Below, piece after piece: positions 29,201 through 36,715 of a stretch of 38,902 nt of DNA (within the stretch, counting starts at the first letter, position 1; every line of letters begins with the position of its first letter). A program made the translations under genes and the position numbers. The notes under the pieces were generated by a model that saw nothing but the letters and a program-made list of their open reading frames with translations, was not told where the DNA came from and did not search any database. The stretch is from Bacteroidia bacterium (GTDB taxonomy: Bacteria > Bacteroidota > Bacteroidia > NS11-12g > UBA9320), in contig JBDNFQ010000213.1 of the NCBI GenBank assembly GCA_041689715.1, forward strand, positions 1-38,902, read 5' to 3'.

Positions 29201-29215
29201 AAATGATTTTTTCAT
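23258..29215 (-). CDS. Giant secreted PKD-domain protein with T9SS type-B (gliding-motility) C-terminal sorting domain and a ~1,000-aa uncharacterised core
   Basis: The signal peptide is best from the ATG at 29215 (MKKSFIQDVLSKYIVTLLLVFAGFSAFA-QN). Alternative starts are ATG 29284 and TTG 29293. N-terminal PKD-like modules (WDFG..., WIFGDGN..., WNFGDPP...). C-terminal PKD-like modules (WEWDFGDST..., MDWGDGT..., RWTFEP...). The last ~97 aa are FYNVFTPNGDEKNDEFVV...IFNRWGERVF...WNGR...GTYFYIV. Confidence 0.85.
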   Translation of the reverse strand: MKKSFIQDVLSKYIVTLLLVFAGFSAFAQNCFPEMTLTDGTKGTIGTFCEGQLISFDANSPGFTTTILWDFGLTPAGSATSNVAKPTYGYAKAGTYTVTFTGTGPAGNCTKTLTVNISPSPDIHLYRTNDSVQCFANNSFCFKDTSKAPGGLIARQTYLFSNGLRIDTLNPVFPIEFCVTITDPTGGTFDFVIESEDTSGCVSKVTYTDYIFVHPDLGISFSNLTPAPNPGCDSTLGIYQNTSLVPLVDVDSFSWIFGDGNRVDGNATINTVWWTGPANDDKIRHMYRVHGQFDGSLVVSAYGCTDTFTFKAAVTNIVMEPNILSTPNPACIPDNPIKFSVANLPAIPGVSSFLWNFGDPPSGPANVNNKTLAPTKSYGPGPWMISLRLIAGPCDVTIYDTVQVIGPGSTIEVAFNRVAQDEAYQCEIRDSVQMVNNSSFYQNDWNRLDEDSATYYYDFTFDREFDNGTGNYKFFFRTWQEKPRGNFKINEEEFAAGATVTRQGYTVSWDAGKDSLKVIFGGVTTYHKISYLTSPTASGTSYRFGVNPRKRFVFNYVPPVGKGGVGTGDQTAVDPTINIRDYRPNIFRIWNMGDQFAPQCTTDSRPWVSKNIGINCNFRIDSIPIHWYTPWDEVYRTMQDGRNYTTPIVEVRLFKPDTFCYPVNVYSANPMIVPGDTIITVPIDSSYTYMGITIPAFVNYPYGKLGNWIVRRPPSKFCGTDFYWDAALDTFVAANIATDTTYHNEDWLGRNNPLAGNGSTKWTVTYYDMEFDIPTGVTITTVMLPPPPGGAGGGGGGPGRTITGPATVTLLPNEQFKLSPNDCITVNATVEETAPDTTYAAPSNYPVQVVKFGILVTETRSQVFVDSAAHRAKWFLDNAECFNITLYQEDTIHPLHCNATGTKSLALTPPSADGLEWTSGFPCPYTNGFFQYVLEFDIADTKPGCTQQWFEVNYDTLAFPPALTSSWNVYNGGAVKAPDGALGTAIPFVLPYALVGNTGTTFVKEYTKFDIGDPYKRTPFGSFTLGLIVGNGPPNPLGGPPECMDTSYYPDLFRILPLAPEFEILEPVADGLGRHFMCAGGTAYFKMDQELQDSIRTLRWAWGYQGIGRGPNLAVYVEEFKYYQPYTGPVAGRNDENYTYNGEDWLYNYVVRRELSDITGNKILDTIVTLIIKDWQIIANTRNANDLVVDAFDQLLGLRYADIPPEDVPYYLGDGTVGCLDTTGLSQFFTFGVKPWHQKIDSSVWQTGNKRYRGTLYDPQFTKDTTYAKDGAGAVIKSQINPAQDSISRVDSMPNTNRDDVVNFIEVAEVLHFRDSSLQGYDTLLQDTSGNGQLDTITGVWKYSYRYPEIITPNECDPTIKDTIYRAANGPMVPTLFLNSTVGCEARSARLLNVGFLNDYSLKNENICQGLVLDVDYYQRYYQYGEEDPFTYPIKVFPFWQDFDRYTNNIETYTLDWDSTDGVWDDYRSINPNNIYTDPGTYTITIVTKDSVNCRDTTFLTVYISKLHPGFSLDDTIVNCASILQFFDTSFVDDPCADKDTCTNGVDLSCESIVRWEWDFGDSTRKSILQNPSHNFTSGGFFDVTLKVWSKLGCIEEITQRIYIPGPQPQFEFDLDVWNKNDSAIICAGDSVLLINIGKGDVSTPTFQMDWGDGTFTAPSAIGDKYSHTYYTPGTYELYLTQEDLIPGTSQRCSRIFPDTSAEIINQRKIIVIVNPLPPVEILASDTFVCVNEVITFTADTLDPRYTRMKWYLDPNDSISKTLPDNSITYSWPQGGVYNVIVAPEYDIIPRCWDRDTIQITVDDVKAGFTIDSSAKPNFCFTNTSTGANPDKYRWTFEPTLEEKLEVNPCFNWNDQVGTFEVCLYVVSTSDAECPDDTCQMITNTFSRKITFYNVFTPNGDEKNDEFVVDGTSIEEFQIKIFNRWGERVFETTDVNTNWNGRVNNTGSTCPEGTYFYIVNYKFLFDVENEGLGPVEGQIELIRNQ

Positions 29216-29295
29216 ACGTGATTTGTTTTTATAGATATTATATTGTGAATCCAAAAAGTTTGTAAATTTAATGCGGTTGTTCATATTTTTCAAGT

Positions 29296-30546
29296 TTAGG
29301 GACGTTTTAGCGTAATTTTAATATTTTTAGACTGAGGTGTCTCACCATTTAGTGTGTAACTTATAGTGGCAATATATATTCCATTGAAACATTCGTTTCC
29401 TATGTTATATAATTTTCCGTTCCATCCTTCGTCTGGATTTTGCGAAGCATAAACCATCTTTCCTTCAGCATTAAAGATTTGAATACTGAAGTTATCATAG
29501 CCTGATATGTCTACCTTATATGTGTCATTGCTGCCATCAGCTCCAGGAGTGAAAACATCAAATATTTCTATGCTTCCTCTTCTTCTTATGGTTGTCTTAG
29601 TTTCTATTGGCACAGCACATAACTGGTTTACAGGTACGGCCTTTATGCTGTGCTCGCCCACTTGTTGTATTTGTGTAGTAAATACATGAGCGTTAGTTTC
29701 TTGCAGTACATTGTCTAAAAACCAATTTGCTATAACGCTTTTGTCATCTAGTGAGTACGAAAATTCAGAGTCGTTAATTTCTTTACTACGTATGGATGAC
29801 TTAAATGTTTGAATATAAACTGCTGTACTTGTAATGCTTACCTCATTTTTCAGCTTAAATACAACTTTCCCTTCTTGGGTACATTTGTATTCAAGAAAAG
29901 TGCTATTGGTGGCTAGCTGTCTATCATTCGCAAACCAATTTCCTTTTTCAGCAGACTTGAGTACTACGGTCTCTCCTAGGCATGGGTTTAGATTAGAAGC
30001 TATAATGGATAGTTTGGTCGCAGCAACGCTTATAGGCGGCACATCTTGCTTGTCCGTTTTATTATTCCCATCATTTACACTGTATTTTGTCTCGTTTGTC
30101 TTAGAGCTAACTCGTTCTTCTACGCTAGAAGATTTGTCTTCTTTTGGAGCAGTATTACTTGTATTTTTAGATTCAGCGGTATTTGTCTTAGCAGTATACG
30201 CAGTAGTGATAGTAGTTTCCGTGTTTTCTATTTTGGTTTTTTCTTTATCAGATAAGATAGCTACTTGCTGCTCTTTATTTTGAGTTTTTGGCAGGAGAAT
30301 TATTTCAGGGGTATTCTCATTGTAAATAACGATACCTACTGCTGCTATACCGCTGGCAAATAGGGCTACTTTTATTATGTTGGTAGCGGAGCCAAAATAT
30401 GCGGTAACTTGAGAAAGTAAACCAGCAGATTGCGAAGTGCTAGCTGCTACACTACTCCACACATCTGGCGGGGCAGGTGTACTATGCCCTTGCAAAGTAT
30501 CCTTTAGTAAATTTTCAAATTCTGATATGTCTTTGAATTTTTTCAT
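29296..30546 (-). CDS. Anti-sigma-like single-pass membrane protein that ends in a T9SS type-B C-terminal domain
   Basis: 416 aa. It starts 3 nt after the ECF sigma stop. About 55 aa of soluble N-terminus (…HSTPAPPDVWSSV…) precede one hydrophobic helix (IIKVALFASGIAAVGIVIY). An S/T/K/N-rich linker and a beta-rich domain follow. The C-terminal ~92 aa are IEIFDVFTPGADGSNDTYKV...IQIFNAEGKMVY...WNGKLYN...GIYIATISY. The anti-sigma role is inferred from position and topology only. Confidence 0.6.
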   Translation of the reverse strand: MKKFKDISEFENLLKDTLQGHSTPAPPDVWSSVAASTSQSAGLLSQVTAYFGSATNIIKVALFASGIAAVGIVIYNENTPEIILLPKTQNKEQQVAILSDKEKTKIENTETTITTAYTAKTNTAESKNTSNTAPKEDKSSSVEERVSSKTNETKYSVNDGNNKTDKQDVPPISVAATKLSIIASNLNPCLGETVVLKSAEKGNWFANDRQLATNSTFLEYKCTQEGKVVFKLKNEVSITSTAVYIQTFKSSIRSKEINDSEFSYSLDDKSVIANWFLDNVLQETNAHVFTTQIQQVGEHSIKAVPVNQLCAVPIETKTTIRRRGSIEIFDVFTPGADGSNDTYKVDISGYDNFSIQIFNAEGKMVYASQNPDEGWNGKLYNIGNECFNGIYIATISYTLNGETPQSKNIKITLKRP

Positions 30547-30549
30547 AGG

Positions 30550-31092
30550 TTAAAACCAATCTTGAAGCCACTCTTGTAATTGTTTGCGGGCCTTGAAAAG
30601 TTGAGTCTTGGAGGTGCTTTCGCTTATTTCTAAATAGTCGCTTATTTCTTTGTGTGAGTATCCGTCTACTATAAACATGTTGAACACTGTGCGATAGCCT
30701 TCTGGCAATTGCTGCACTAGGGTCATCATTTTTTCTGCATCCAGGCTTCCTGTTTCTATTTTAGCAGTGAGTGGTAGCTCATTGCTATTAAGCTCTGATA
30801 CGTCTAGGTGCATTTTGCGTTTGCGAATAAGTTCTATGCTAGAGTTCACAAATATGCGTTTCATCCATCCCTCAAAACTCCCAGTAAACTTGAATTTGCT
30901 TATGTTTTTGAACACCTTAATAAAGCCTTCTTGCAAAGCATCTTTGGCTTCATCTTCGTTGTTCATATATCTTAAACAGATGCTGTACATTGTTCCTGAG
31001 TGTATTTCGTATATTCTTCTAAATGCTTTGTTATCTCCATTACTGCAAGCCTTAATCAATGATATTTCATCGTGTGATTCACTAGTGCTCAT
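30550..31092 (-). CDS. ECF-type RNA polymerase sigma-70 family factor
   Basis: 180 aa. Sigma-2 region (FRRIYEIHSGTMYSICLRYMNNEDEAKDALQEGFIKVF, FEGWMKRIFVNSSIELIRK). Sigma-4 HTH (LPEGYRTVFNMFIVDGYSHKEISDYLEISESTSKTQLFKARKQL). Confidence 0.9.
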   Translation of the reverse strand: MSTSESHDEISLIKACSNGDNKAFRRIYEIHSGTMYSICLRYMNNEDEAKDALQEGFIKVFKNISKFKFTGSFEGWMKRIFVNSSIELIRKRKMHLDVSELNSNELPLTAKIETGSLDAEKMMTLVQQLPEGYRTVFNMFIVDGYSHKEISDYLEISESTSKTQLFKARKQLQEWLQDWF

Positions 31093-31143
31093 TGCTCTGG
31101 ATGTTATTTAGATGTACTCAGTTGGTTATTGGTTGCCTAAGAT

Positions 31144-31608
31144 TTATATTTTTTTTACGTGGTATTTTTCTGCTAGGTATTCCTTGAGGTTTTCTGCATA
31201 ATAACCTACGGCTTCTAGGGGCTCTATTATTTCTGTTTCATTCAGTCCTTCTAGCACTCTTTTAAACTGTATGCTTATGATACGCTGCTCAGAGTTGGCT
31301 ATGAATGAAGCACTAAATAGGTGAAAATTGAGATGTGCCAATTCTTCCATAAACGTAGCCAAATGCTCATCTGCCGGATACTCGCAGATAGGCGAGACTA
31401 TCTGAAAAATACTGGCTATATTTTGTCTATCGAAGTATTGCCACTGCGTAGTTTCTGCGGGTTGCCATATGTCTACATAGAGTTCTGTAGTATCTCCTCG
31501 CTTTATAAGGTACTCTCCTTCGTTTTCGCAACGAATTTGTTCGGGTTTTAGCTGCAGATGCTCTGCTACTACTTTCTCGAATAAGGTTATTGCTTCTTTA
31601 ATTTGCAT
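31144..31608 (-). CDS. Hypothetical cytoplasmic protein, possibly YbjN / type III chaperone-like fold
   Basis: 154 aa, acidic, with no signal peptide. The fold guess rests only on size and pattern and has low confidence. It lies 51 nt upstream of the sigma gene on the same strand. Confidence 0.55.
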   Translation of the reverse strand: MQIKEAITLFEKVVAEHLQLKPEQIRCENEGEYLIKRGDTTELYVDIWQPAETTQWQYFDRQNIASIFQIVSPICEYPADEHLATFMEELAHLNFHLFSASFIANSEQRIISIQFKRVLEGLNETEIIEPLEAVGYYAENLKEYLAEKYHVKKI

Positions 31609-31620
31609 AATTTAAAAGGA

Positions 31621-31628
31621 CAAAAATA
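31621..31628 (-). promoter_or_regulatory. Bacteroidota -7 promoter box TATTTTTG upstream of the 154-aa gene; possible start of the sigma / anti-sigma-like / cargo transcription unit
   Basis: The plus strand reads CAAAAATA, so the minus strand reads TATTTTTG, a perfect TAnnTTTG. It ends 12 nt before the ATG at 31608. I saw no comparable box in the 51-nt gap before the sigma gene. Confidence 0.4.
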
Positions 31629-31672
31629 AGACTATGCTTTGGTATGAGCCACGTGCATTGTACACTTCTGTT

Positions 31673-34498
31673 TTATTGTACTATGAAAGTGCGAGAAAGG
31701 GTAGATTCTTCATTGTTCAATCGTACGGTATATCTTCCTTTAGCAGGGTAGTATTTGCCTAATTTACCTACAAGTAGATTGTTGTTTGGGTTCTCCTGAA
31801 ACTTGAGCTCTATAGTATGCGAGTTATAACCCTTTTTGCCGCTTATGTTTTTTTCTAATAACAATGCTCCGATCTCATCTAGTATTTGTAAGGTGATTAA
31901 TCCGCTTTCTTTTAGGAAGAAGACGACATCTTTGCTTGGGGCTTGTACTTTCCAGTCGTAGCTCAACTTGCCCCAGTTTTCATTGTACTTTAGTGCATCC
32001 ATTTCTAACAATACAAATCCCGAATCTGTATATGTAGCACTTTGATATACAGTTTCTAGCTGTATTTTGTAAATGCTTCTACCGTGCGTGCCTACTATCA
32101 AGTCTCTGTTTTCTTTTTGTATGGCTAAATCGTGTATAGCTACAGGAGGCAGTTTACTGAATGATTGAAAAACTGCTCCTTGATCCACAGAGATATAAAG
32201 TGCAGCATCTGAACCTAAGTACAGAATATCCTCATTTGTAGCATCTTCTATTAGAGTATTCAAAGATTCTTTTGGTAGGTTCTTGCCGATTTGTTCCCAG
32301 GTATTTCCGTAATCATTTGATCTAAAAATATACGAATTAAAATGGTCCCAAGTGTGCCCATTGAGCACGGCATATACGCGTTCTTTTTTGTGCTGGCTTG
32401 CTATCACTTTTTGTACCCAAAGGTTTTGTGGTAGTTTGTTGGATATTTTGGTCCAGGATTCTCCGCCGTCTTTGGTCATGTGAATAAAGCCGTCATCAGT
32501 CCCTACATAGATATAGCCAAATTTAAATAGGCTTTCGGCTATGCAAGAGATAGTTCCGTAGCTTACATCTCCATCTTTCCTCCCATTACTCAGGTCTTCG
32601 CTTATTTCTTCGAATGTTTCTCCTTTATCCATACTGCGGTGTAGCTTATTGCTTGCCATGTATAGTATGTCTTGGTTATGCGTGGAGAGCAAAATAGGAG
32701 TTTGCCAATTCCACCGCAGTCTTTCGCTTTTAAGGTCATGCATAGGGTGTATGTAGTGATACTTTTTGTCCTTATCTATACGAAAATAGTTGCCAAATTG
32801 GTAGCCTGTATACACCGTATTGTCTCGGGTATCTACCTGTATCTGCATACCATCTCCACCGCCAATTCTCTGATACGGGTACTTGCCTTCTTGGTGCCAC
32901 GTGGTGCTGTATTGGTAATTGTTCGGGCCTTTCCACACGCCATTGTCTTGCAGACCCCCATATACATTGTACTTCTTTTTATAATCTACTGCTACAGTAT
33001 AAAACTGTCCTACCGATGGCGAGTTGCATTTAGTCCAGTTCACTCCGCCATCGTAACTTATATTCACGCCGCCATCATTTCCATTTATAAGATGCTTACC
33101 ATTTTCTGGATTTACCCAAAGGTAATGATGGTCTACGTGCACATTATCTCCACCTGCAAATGAGAAAGTTTTACCACTATCTATAGATTGTAGTGAGGGC
33201 ACACCTGCAATGAAAACATGGTTTTCTTGGCTAGGATTAGCATGTACTACACCAAAATAGTATCCGTATGAATAGCACACATTTTCGAGTACACCGTTAT
33301 GTGTTTTGTTCCAAGTTTTACCTGCATCTGTGCTCTTATATAGCTCTGCCCCGCGTACAGGATCTTCGAACATGGCCGCATTCTCATCTTGCAGATACTC
33401 AAATAAATCTTTAGGCACTAGCTCATTCTTCTTTACCATTTTTTGAATGTCCTTGGCGGTATACTTCCTTGGAAAGCGGTTTTGTTTTAGAAATTTATTG
33501 AGCAAAGAGTCGCTAATGTTTTTGAAAGAATCAATGCTCATTTCTTTAAAAGACTTTTTTGTCAATCCCTCACTTAGAGTTTCTACCTTTTTGTATTGCT
33601 CTTGGTTATCTATCAACGCATAAATAGTGGCTCCACTTACCGAAAGGCCTATTCTGCCTATGTTTTCACCAGAAGGGAAACCACCAGATTTATTCCATGT
33701 TTCGCCGCCATCCTCTGAGGTGTGTACCCCGCTATTTTTGCCGCCTTCCCAAAAATTCCAAGCCCTACGTGTTTTTTGCCACATGGCTGCATACAGTCTG
33801 TCTGGATTTTTAGGGTCTATCTCTAGATCTACGGCACTTGTATTCTCATCTATATAGAGTGCTTGTTTCCAGGTCTTTCCGCCGTCTATGGTTTTGTATA
33901 CACCTCTATCTTTATTTGGAGAAAATAAACTCCCCATAGTGGCTACATAGAGTATTCTATTGTCTGTAGGATGCAGGATAATGCGACTAATATGCTGTGT
34001 AGCAGTTAATCCTAAGTTTTCCCAGAGTTGCCAAACTTGCGGGTCGTTTATGCTAAAATCACACTTGAATATTCCAAAACCTGCATAGCTGGATCTACTA
34101 GAATTAGCCTCGCCTGTACCTACGTATAGTATCTTCTCTAACCAATTGACTGCTAAAGCACCGCAATGAATAGTGTATCCATTGTCATCAAAAACGGGAG
34201 TGAAGCTTTGTCCGTTATTCTTGGTTTCCCATACACCGCCGGTAGCGTAAGCTACAAAAAAGTGCTTGGTATCATATGGGTCTATGGCCATATCTACCAC
34301 ACGGCCACTCATTATCGTAGGGCCTATGTTGGCAGCTTCTATACCAAGATAAGATGAGGAGGCTTGTAGTTCTTGGCGTTTTTCTACTGCGGCTATTCGC
34401 TCGTTGTCGGAAGTCGGTTTTACAGGATTAGAGGGGTATTGGGCATTAGCTTTAATGCAGATAAGAATTAGACCAAATGCTAATATTTTGTGAAGCAT
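31673..34498 (-). CDS. Secreted BNR/Asp-box repeat protein (sortilin/VPS10-like double beta-propeller)
   Basis: 941 aa with a signal peptide (LILICIKANAQ). At least 9 Asp-box motifs of the S-x-D-x-G-x-T-W type (TIDGGKTWK, SEDGGETWN, STDAGKTWN, SIDSGKTFS, SYDGGVNWT, SMDKGETFE, TKDGGESWT, SNDYGNTWE, SVDQGAVFQ). The C-terminal ~80 aa are weakly reminiscent of a T9SS type-A CTD. Confidence 0.85.
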   Translation of the reverse strand: MLHKILAFGLILICIKANAQYPSNPVKPTSDNERIAAVEKRQELQASSSYLGIEAANIGPTIMSGRVVDMAIDPYDTKHFFVAYATGGVWETKNNGQSFTPVFDDNGYTIHCGALAVNWLEKILYVGTGEANSSRSSYAGFGIFKCDFSINDPQVWQLWENLGLTATQHISRIILHPTDNRILYVATMGSLFSPNKDRGVYKTIDGGKTWKQALYIDENTSAVDLEIDPKNPDRLYAAMWQKTRRAWNFWEGGKNSGVHTSEDGGETWNKSGGFPSGENIGRIGLSVSGATIYALIDNQEQYKKVETLSEGLTKKSFKEMSIDSFKNISDSLLNKFLKQNRFPRKYTAKDIQKMVKKNELVPKDLFEYLQDENAAMFEDPVRGAELYKSTDAGKTWNKTHNGVLENVCYSYGYYFGVVHANPSQENHVFIAGVPSLQSIDSGKTFSFAGGDNVHVDHHYLWVNPENGKHLINGNDGGVNISYDGGVNWTKCNSPSVGQFYTVAVDYKKKYNVYGGLQDNGVWKGPNNYQYSTTWHQEGKYPYQRIGGGDGMQIQVDTRDNTVYTGYQFGNYFRIDKDKKYHYIHPMHDLKSERLRWNWQTPILLSTHNQDILYMASNKLHRSMDKGETFEEISEDLSNGRKDGDVSYGTISCIAESLFKFGYIYVGTDDGFIHMTKDGGESWTKISNKLPQNLWVQKVIASQHKKERVYAVLNGHTWDHFNSYIFRSNDYGNTWEQIGKNLPKESLNTLIEDATNEDILYLGSDAALYISVDQGAVFQSFSKLPPVAIHDLAIQKENRDLIVGTHGRSIYKIQLETVYQSATYTDSGFVLLEMDALKYNENWGKLSYDWKVQAPSKDVVFFLKESGLITLQILDEIGALLLEKNISGKKGYNSHTIELKFQENPNNNLLVGKLGKYYPAKGRYTVRLNNEESTLSRTFIVQ

Positions 34499-34528
34499 GT
34501 GGCGAATGTACGGAGAATGAAGGGTACA

Positions 34529-34938
34529 CTATAGCTTGAATAATATAGGTATTATCATTTGGATTGGAATCGCTTTGCCATAGCAGGTTGCCATTTCGGA
34601 GATTTAGCAACAATATTTATGGCACAGTGCTAATCCAAAATCCTATGCACCTTCAGCAATACTAGTGAGTTGTCTATGGATAATTTTAGCATTGCTAACA
34701 TAGCCGGCGGTGTCTATAGTGAAGCCAATGATTACTAGCCCTCTATACTGCTGTCTTTAGCCTGTTGAGGATATTCTAGGCTCTCAGCAATACACTTATG
34801 TAAAGCGTCATCTCCACCTGGATATTCAGGTCTAGGTTCAGCATAGCTTATCAAAACTCCATCTTCTATTGTGTCTTTCTGAGCAAAAATGTGCAAACAG
34901 CTAAAAAAGCAGATAAGAAGAGTTATCTTTAACCTCAC
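34529..34938 (-). pseudogene. Decayed TonB C-terminal-domain protein gene (multiple frame disruptions)
   Basis: The intact ORF part (GTG 34938 to TAG 34735) gives a signal peptide plus PEYPGGDDALHKCIAESLEYPQQAKDSSIEG, then tandem stops (TAG TAA). The rest of the domain is readable in other frames: GLVIIGFTIDTAGYVSNAKII..., then ...AINIVAKSPKWQPAMAKRF, then GKAIPIQMIIPILFKL*. Confidence 0.6.
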
Positions 34939-36272
34939 TTCCCAAATGTAAGTCTTTCTCCTTTTTTACTTTCGTCAAATTTGCCAAAGGCATATGCTAT
35001 ATGACCAGAAACGATGGTCTGCTCTATGGTAGTTGTAAATATCTCGCCTTCTAATGGACTCCAACCACATTTGTATAAGATGTTGCTTTTGGCTACTTCC
35101 ATTTGTGTCTCTGGATTCAGGATTACTATATCTGCGTGATAGCCTACTCTCAGGTATCCTCGTTTTTGGACGCCGAACAAATCTGCCGGGGCATGACACA
35201 TCTTTTGAATTACTTTGTTCACCGTTATTTTCCCCATTTTAGCGTGCTCTAGCATCAGTTGCAAACTGTGCTGCACTAGTGGCAAACCGCTAGGTGCTTT
35301 TGCGTATTTATTTTGCTTCTCTTCCCACGTGTGTGGTGCGTGATCCGTTGCTATTATGTCAAAGTAATCATTGTTCAAGGCATACCACAGAGCTTTTTGG
35401 TCGGCTTCTGATTTAATAGCGGGATTACATTTGATCAAACTTCCTTTTTGACCGTAGTGCGTATCATTAAAAGTAAGATGGTGCACGCATACTTCTGCAG
35501 TGATTCGTTTTTCTGCTAAAGGTATTTTATTGGTAAATAGTTCTATTTCTTTAGCTGTAGATATGTGAAGGATATGTAGCCTTGCGTTGTACTCTTTAGC
35601 CAAATCGCTTGCCATTTTACTGCTTAGGTAGCAAGCTTCTTCATCACGTATAATTGGATGGGCATCCATCGGAATATCCTCGCCATATTTAGCTACGAAC
35701 TCTGCGGTTTTTTTTCTTATGGTAGCTTCATCTTCACAGTGAGTAGCTATGAGCATAGGCGTTTTAGAGAAGATGCTACGAAGTGTATCCTCATTGTCTA
35801 CGAGCATATTGCCTGTACTACTTCCCATAAACAGTTTGATGCCGCACACAGTTGCAGGGTCTGTTTTTAGTACTTCTTCTATGTTGTCATTAGTGCCACC
35901 CATAAAAAAGGAGTAGTTGCCTGCTGAGCATGCTGCTGCCCTAGCGTATTTCTTGGCTAGTTCTTCCTGTGTGGTAGATTGTGGGTTGGTATTGGGCATT
36001 TCCATATAGGAGGTAGTGCCGCCAGCTACAGCTGCCTTAGCTTCTGTATATATCTCTGCCTTGTGAGTGAGGCCCGGCTCACGGAAATGTACTTGGTCAT
36101 CTATGACCCCGGGTACTATCCATTTGCCTTCGGCATCTATGGTTTTATCTGCTTTTCTGCTTATTCCGTTTTTATTAATTTCTGCTATGAAGCCGTCTTC
36201 TACGTAGATATCTGCTACGTATTGTTGGTTTTCGTTAATTAAAAGCCCGTTTTTGATTAAAATTGATGCCAT
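34935..36272 (-). CDS. pyrC: Dihydroorotase (long, allantoinase-like type)
   Basis: 445 aa. Metal-binding DDQVHFREPG motif. TTSYMEMPNT, CGIKLFMGSSTG and ATDHAPH motifs. Confidence 0.9.
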   Translation of the reverse strand: MASILIKNGLLINENQQYVADIYVEDGFIAEINKNGISRKADKTIDAEGKWIVPGVIDDQVHFREPGLTHKAEIYTEAKAAVAGGTTSYMEMPNTNPQSTTQEELAKKYARAAACSAGNYSFFMGGTNDNIEEVLKTDPATVCGIKLFMGSSTGNMLVDNEDTLRSIFSKTPMLIATHCEDEATIRKKTAEFVAKYGEDIPMDAHPIIRDEEACYLSSKMASDLAKEYNARLHILHISTAKEIELFTNKIPLAEKRITAEVCVHHLTFNDTHYGQKGSLIKCNPAIKSEADQKALWYALNNDYFDIIATDHAPHTWEEKQNKYAKAPSGLPLVQHSLQLMLEHAKMGKITVNKVIQKMCHAPADLFGVQKRGYLRVGYHADIVILNPETQMEVAKSNILYKCGWSPLEGEIFTTTIEQTIVSGHIAYAFGKFDESKKGERLTFGK

Positions 36273-36274
36273 AT

Positions 36275-36715
36275 ATGGATAGCAAATTTAATATAAGGGT
36301 GTATGGAATATGGCTAAAGGGCGATAAAATATTAATAAGCAATGAAAATATTGATGGTTTTAAGATGCTCAAGCTACCAGGTGGAGGCTTAGAATATGGT
36401 GAAGGGCCAGTGGACTGTGTTATACGAGAGTTCAAAGAGGAACTAGGGGTAAGTATAGAGGTAAATAGCTTACTGCATACTACAGAAAATTTTATTCCAA
36501 GTGCTTTTAAGAAACACGAACAAGTGATTGCTATACACTATTTGGTTACTTCTAATGATGCCATTGCTTCTATGGAGATTACTCAACCTACTAGACTAGG
36601 AGGTAAAAACTATCTTATGTTTGAGTGGTGTACGCTTAACGCAGAGTTACTCACCAAATTGACTTTTGAGATGGATAGGCAAGCATTAATTCATCTAATA
36701 AAGAGGTGTTACTGA
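36275..36715 (+). CDS. NUDIX hydrolase
   Basis: Nudix box GGGLEYGEGPVDCVIREFKEELG. I prefer the ATG at 36275 because the earlier TTG/ATG starts (36263, 36266) would overlap the divergent pyrC start codon. Confidence 0.8.
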   Translation: MDSKFNIRVYGIWLKGDKILISNENIDGFKMLKLPGGGLEYGEGPVDCVIREFKEELGVSIEVNSLLHTTENFIPSAFKKHEQVIAIHYLVTSNDAIASMEITQPTRLGGKNYLMFEWCTLNAELLTKLTFEMDRQALIHLIKRCY

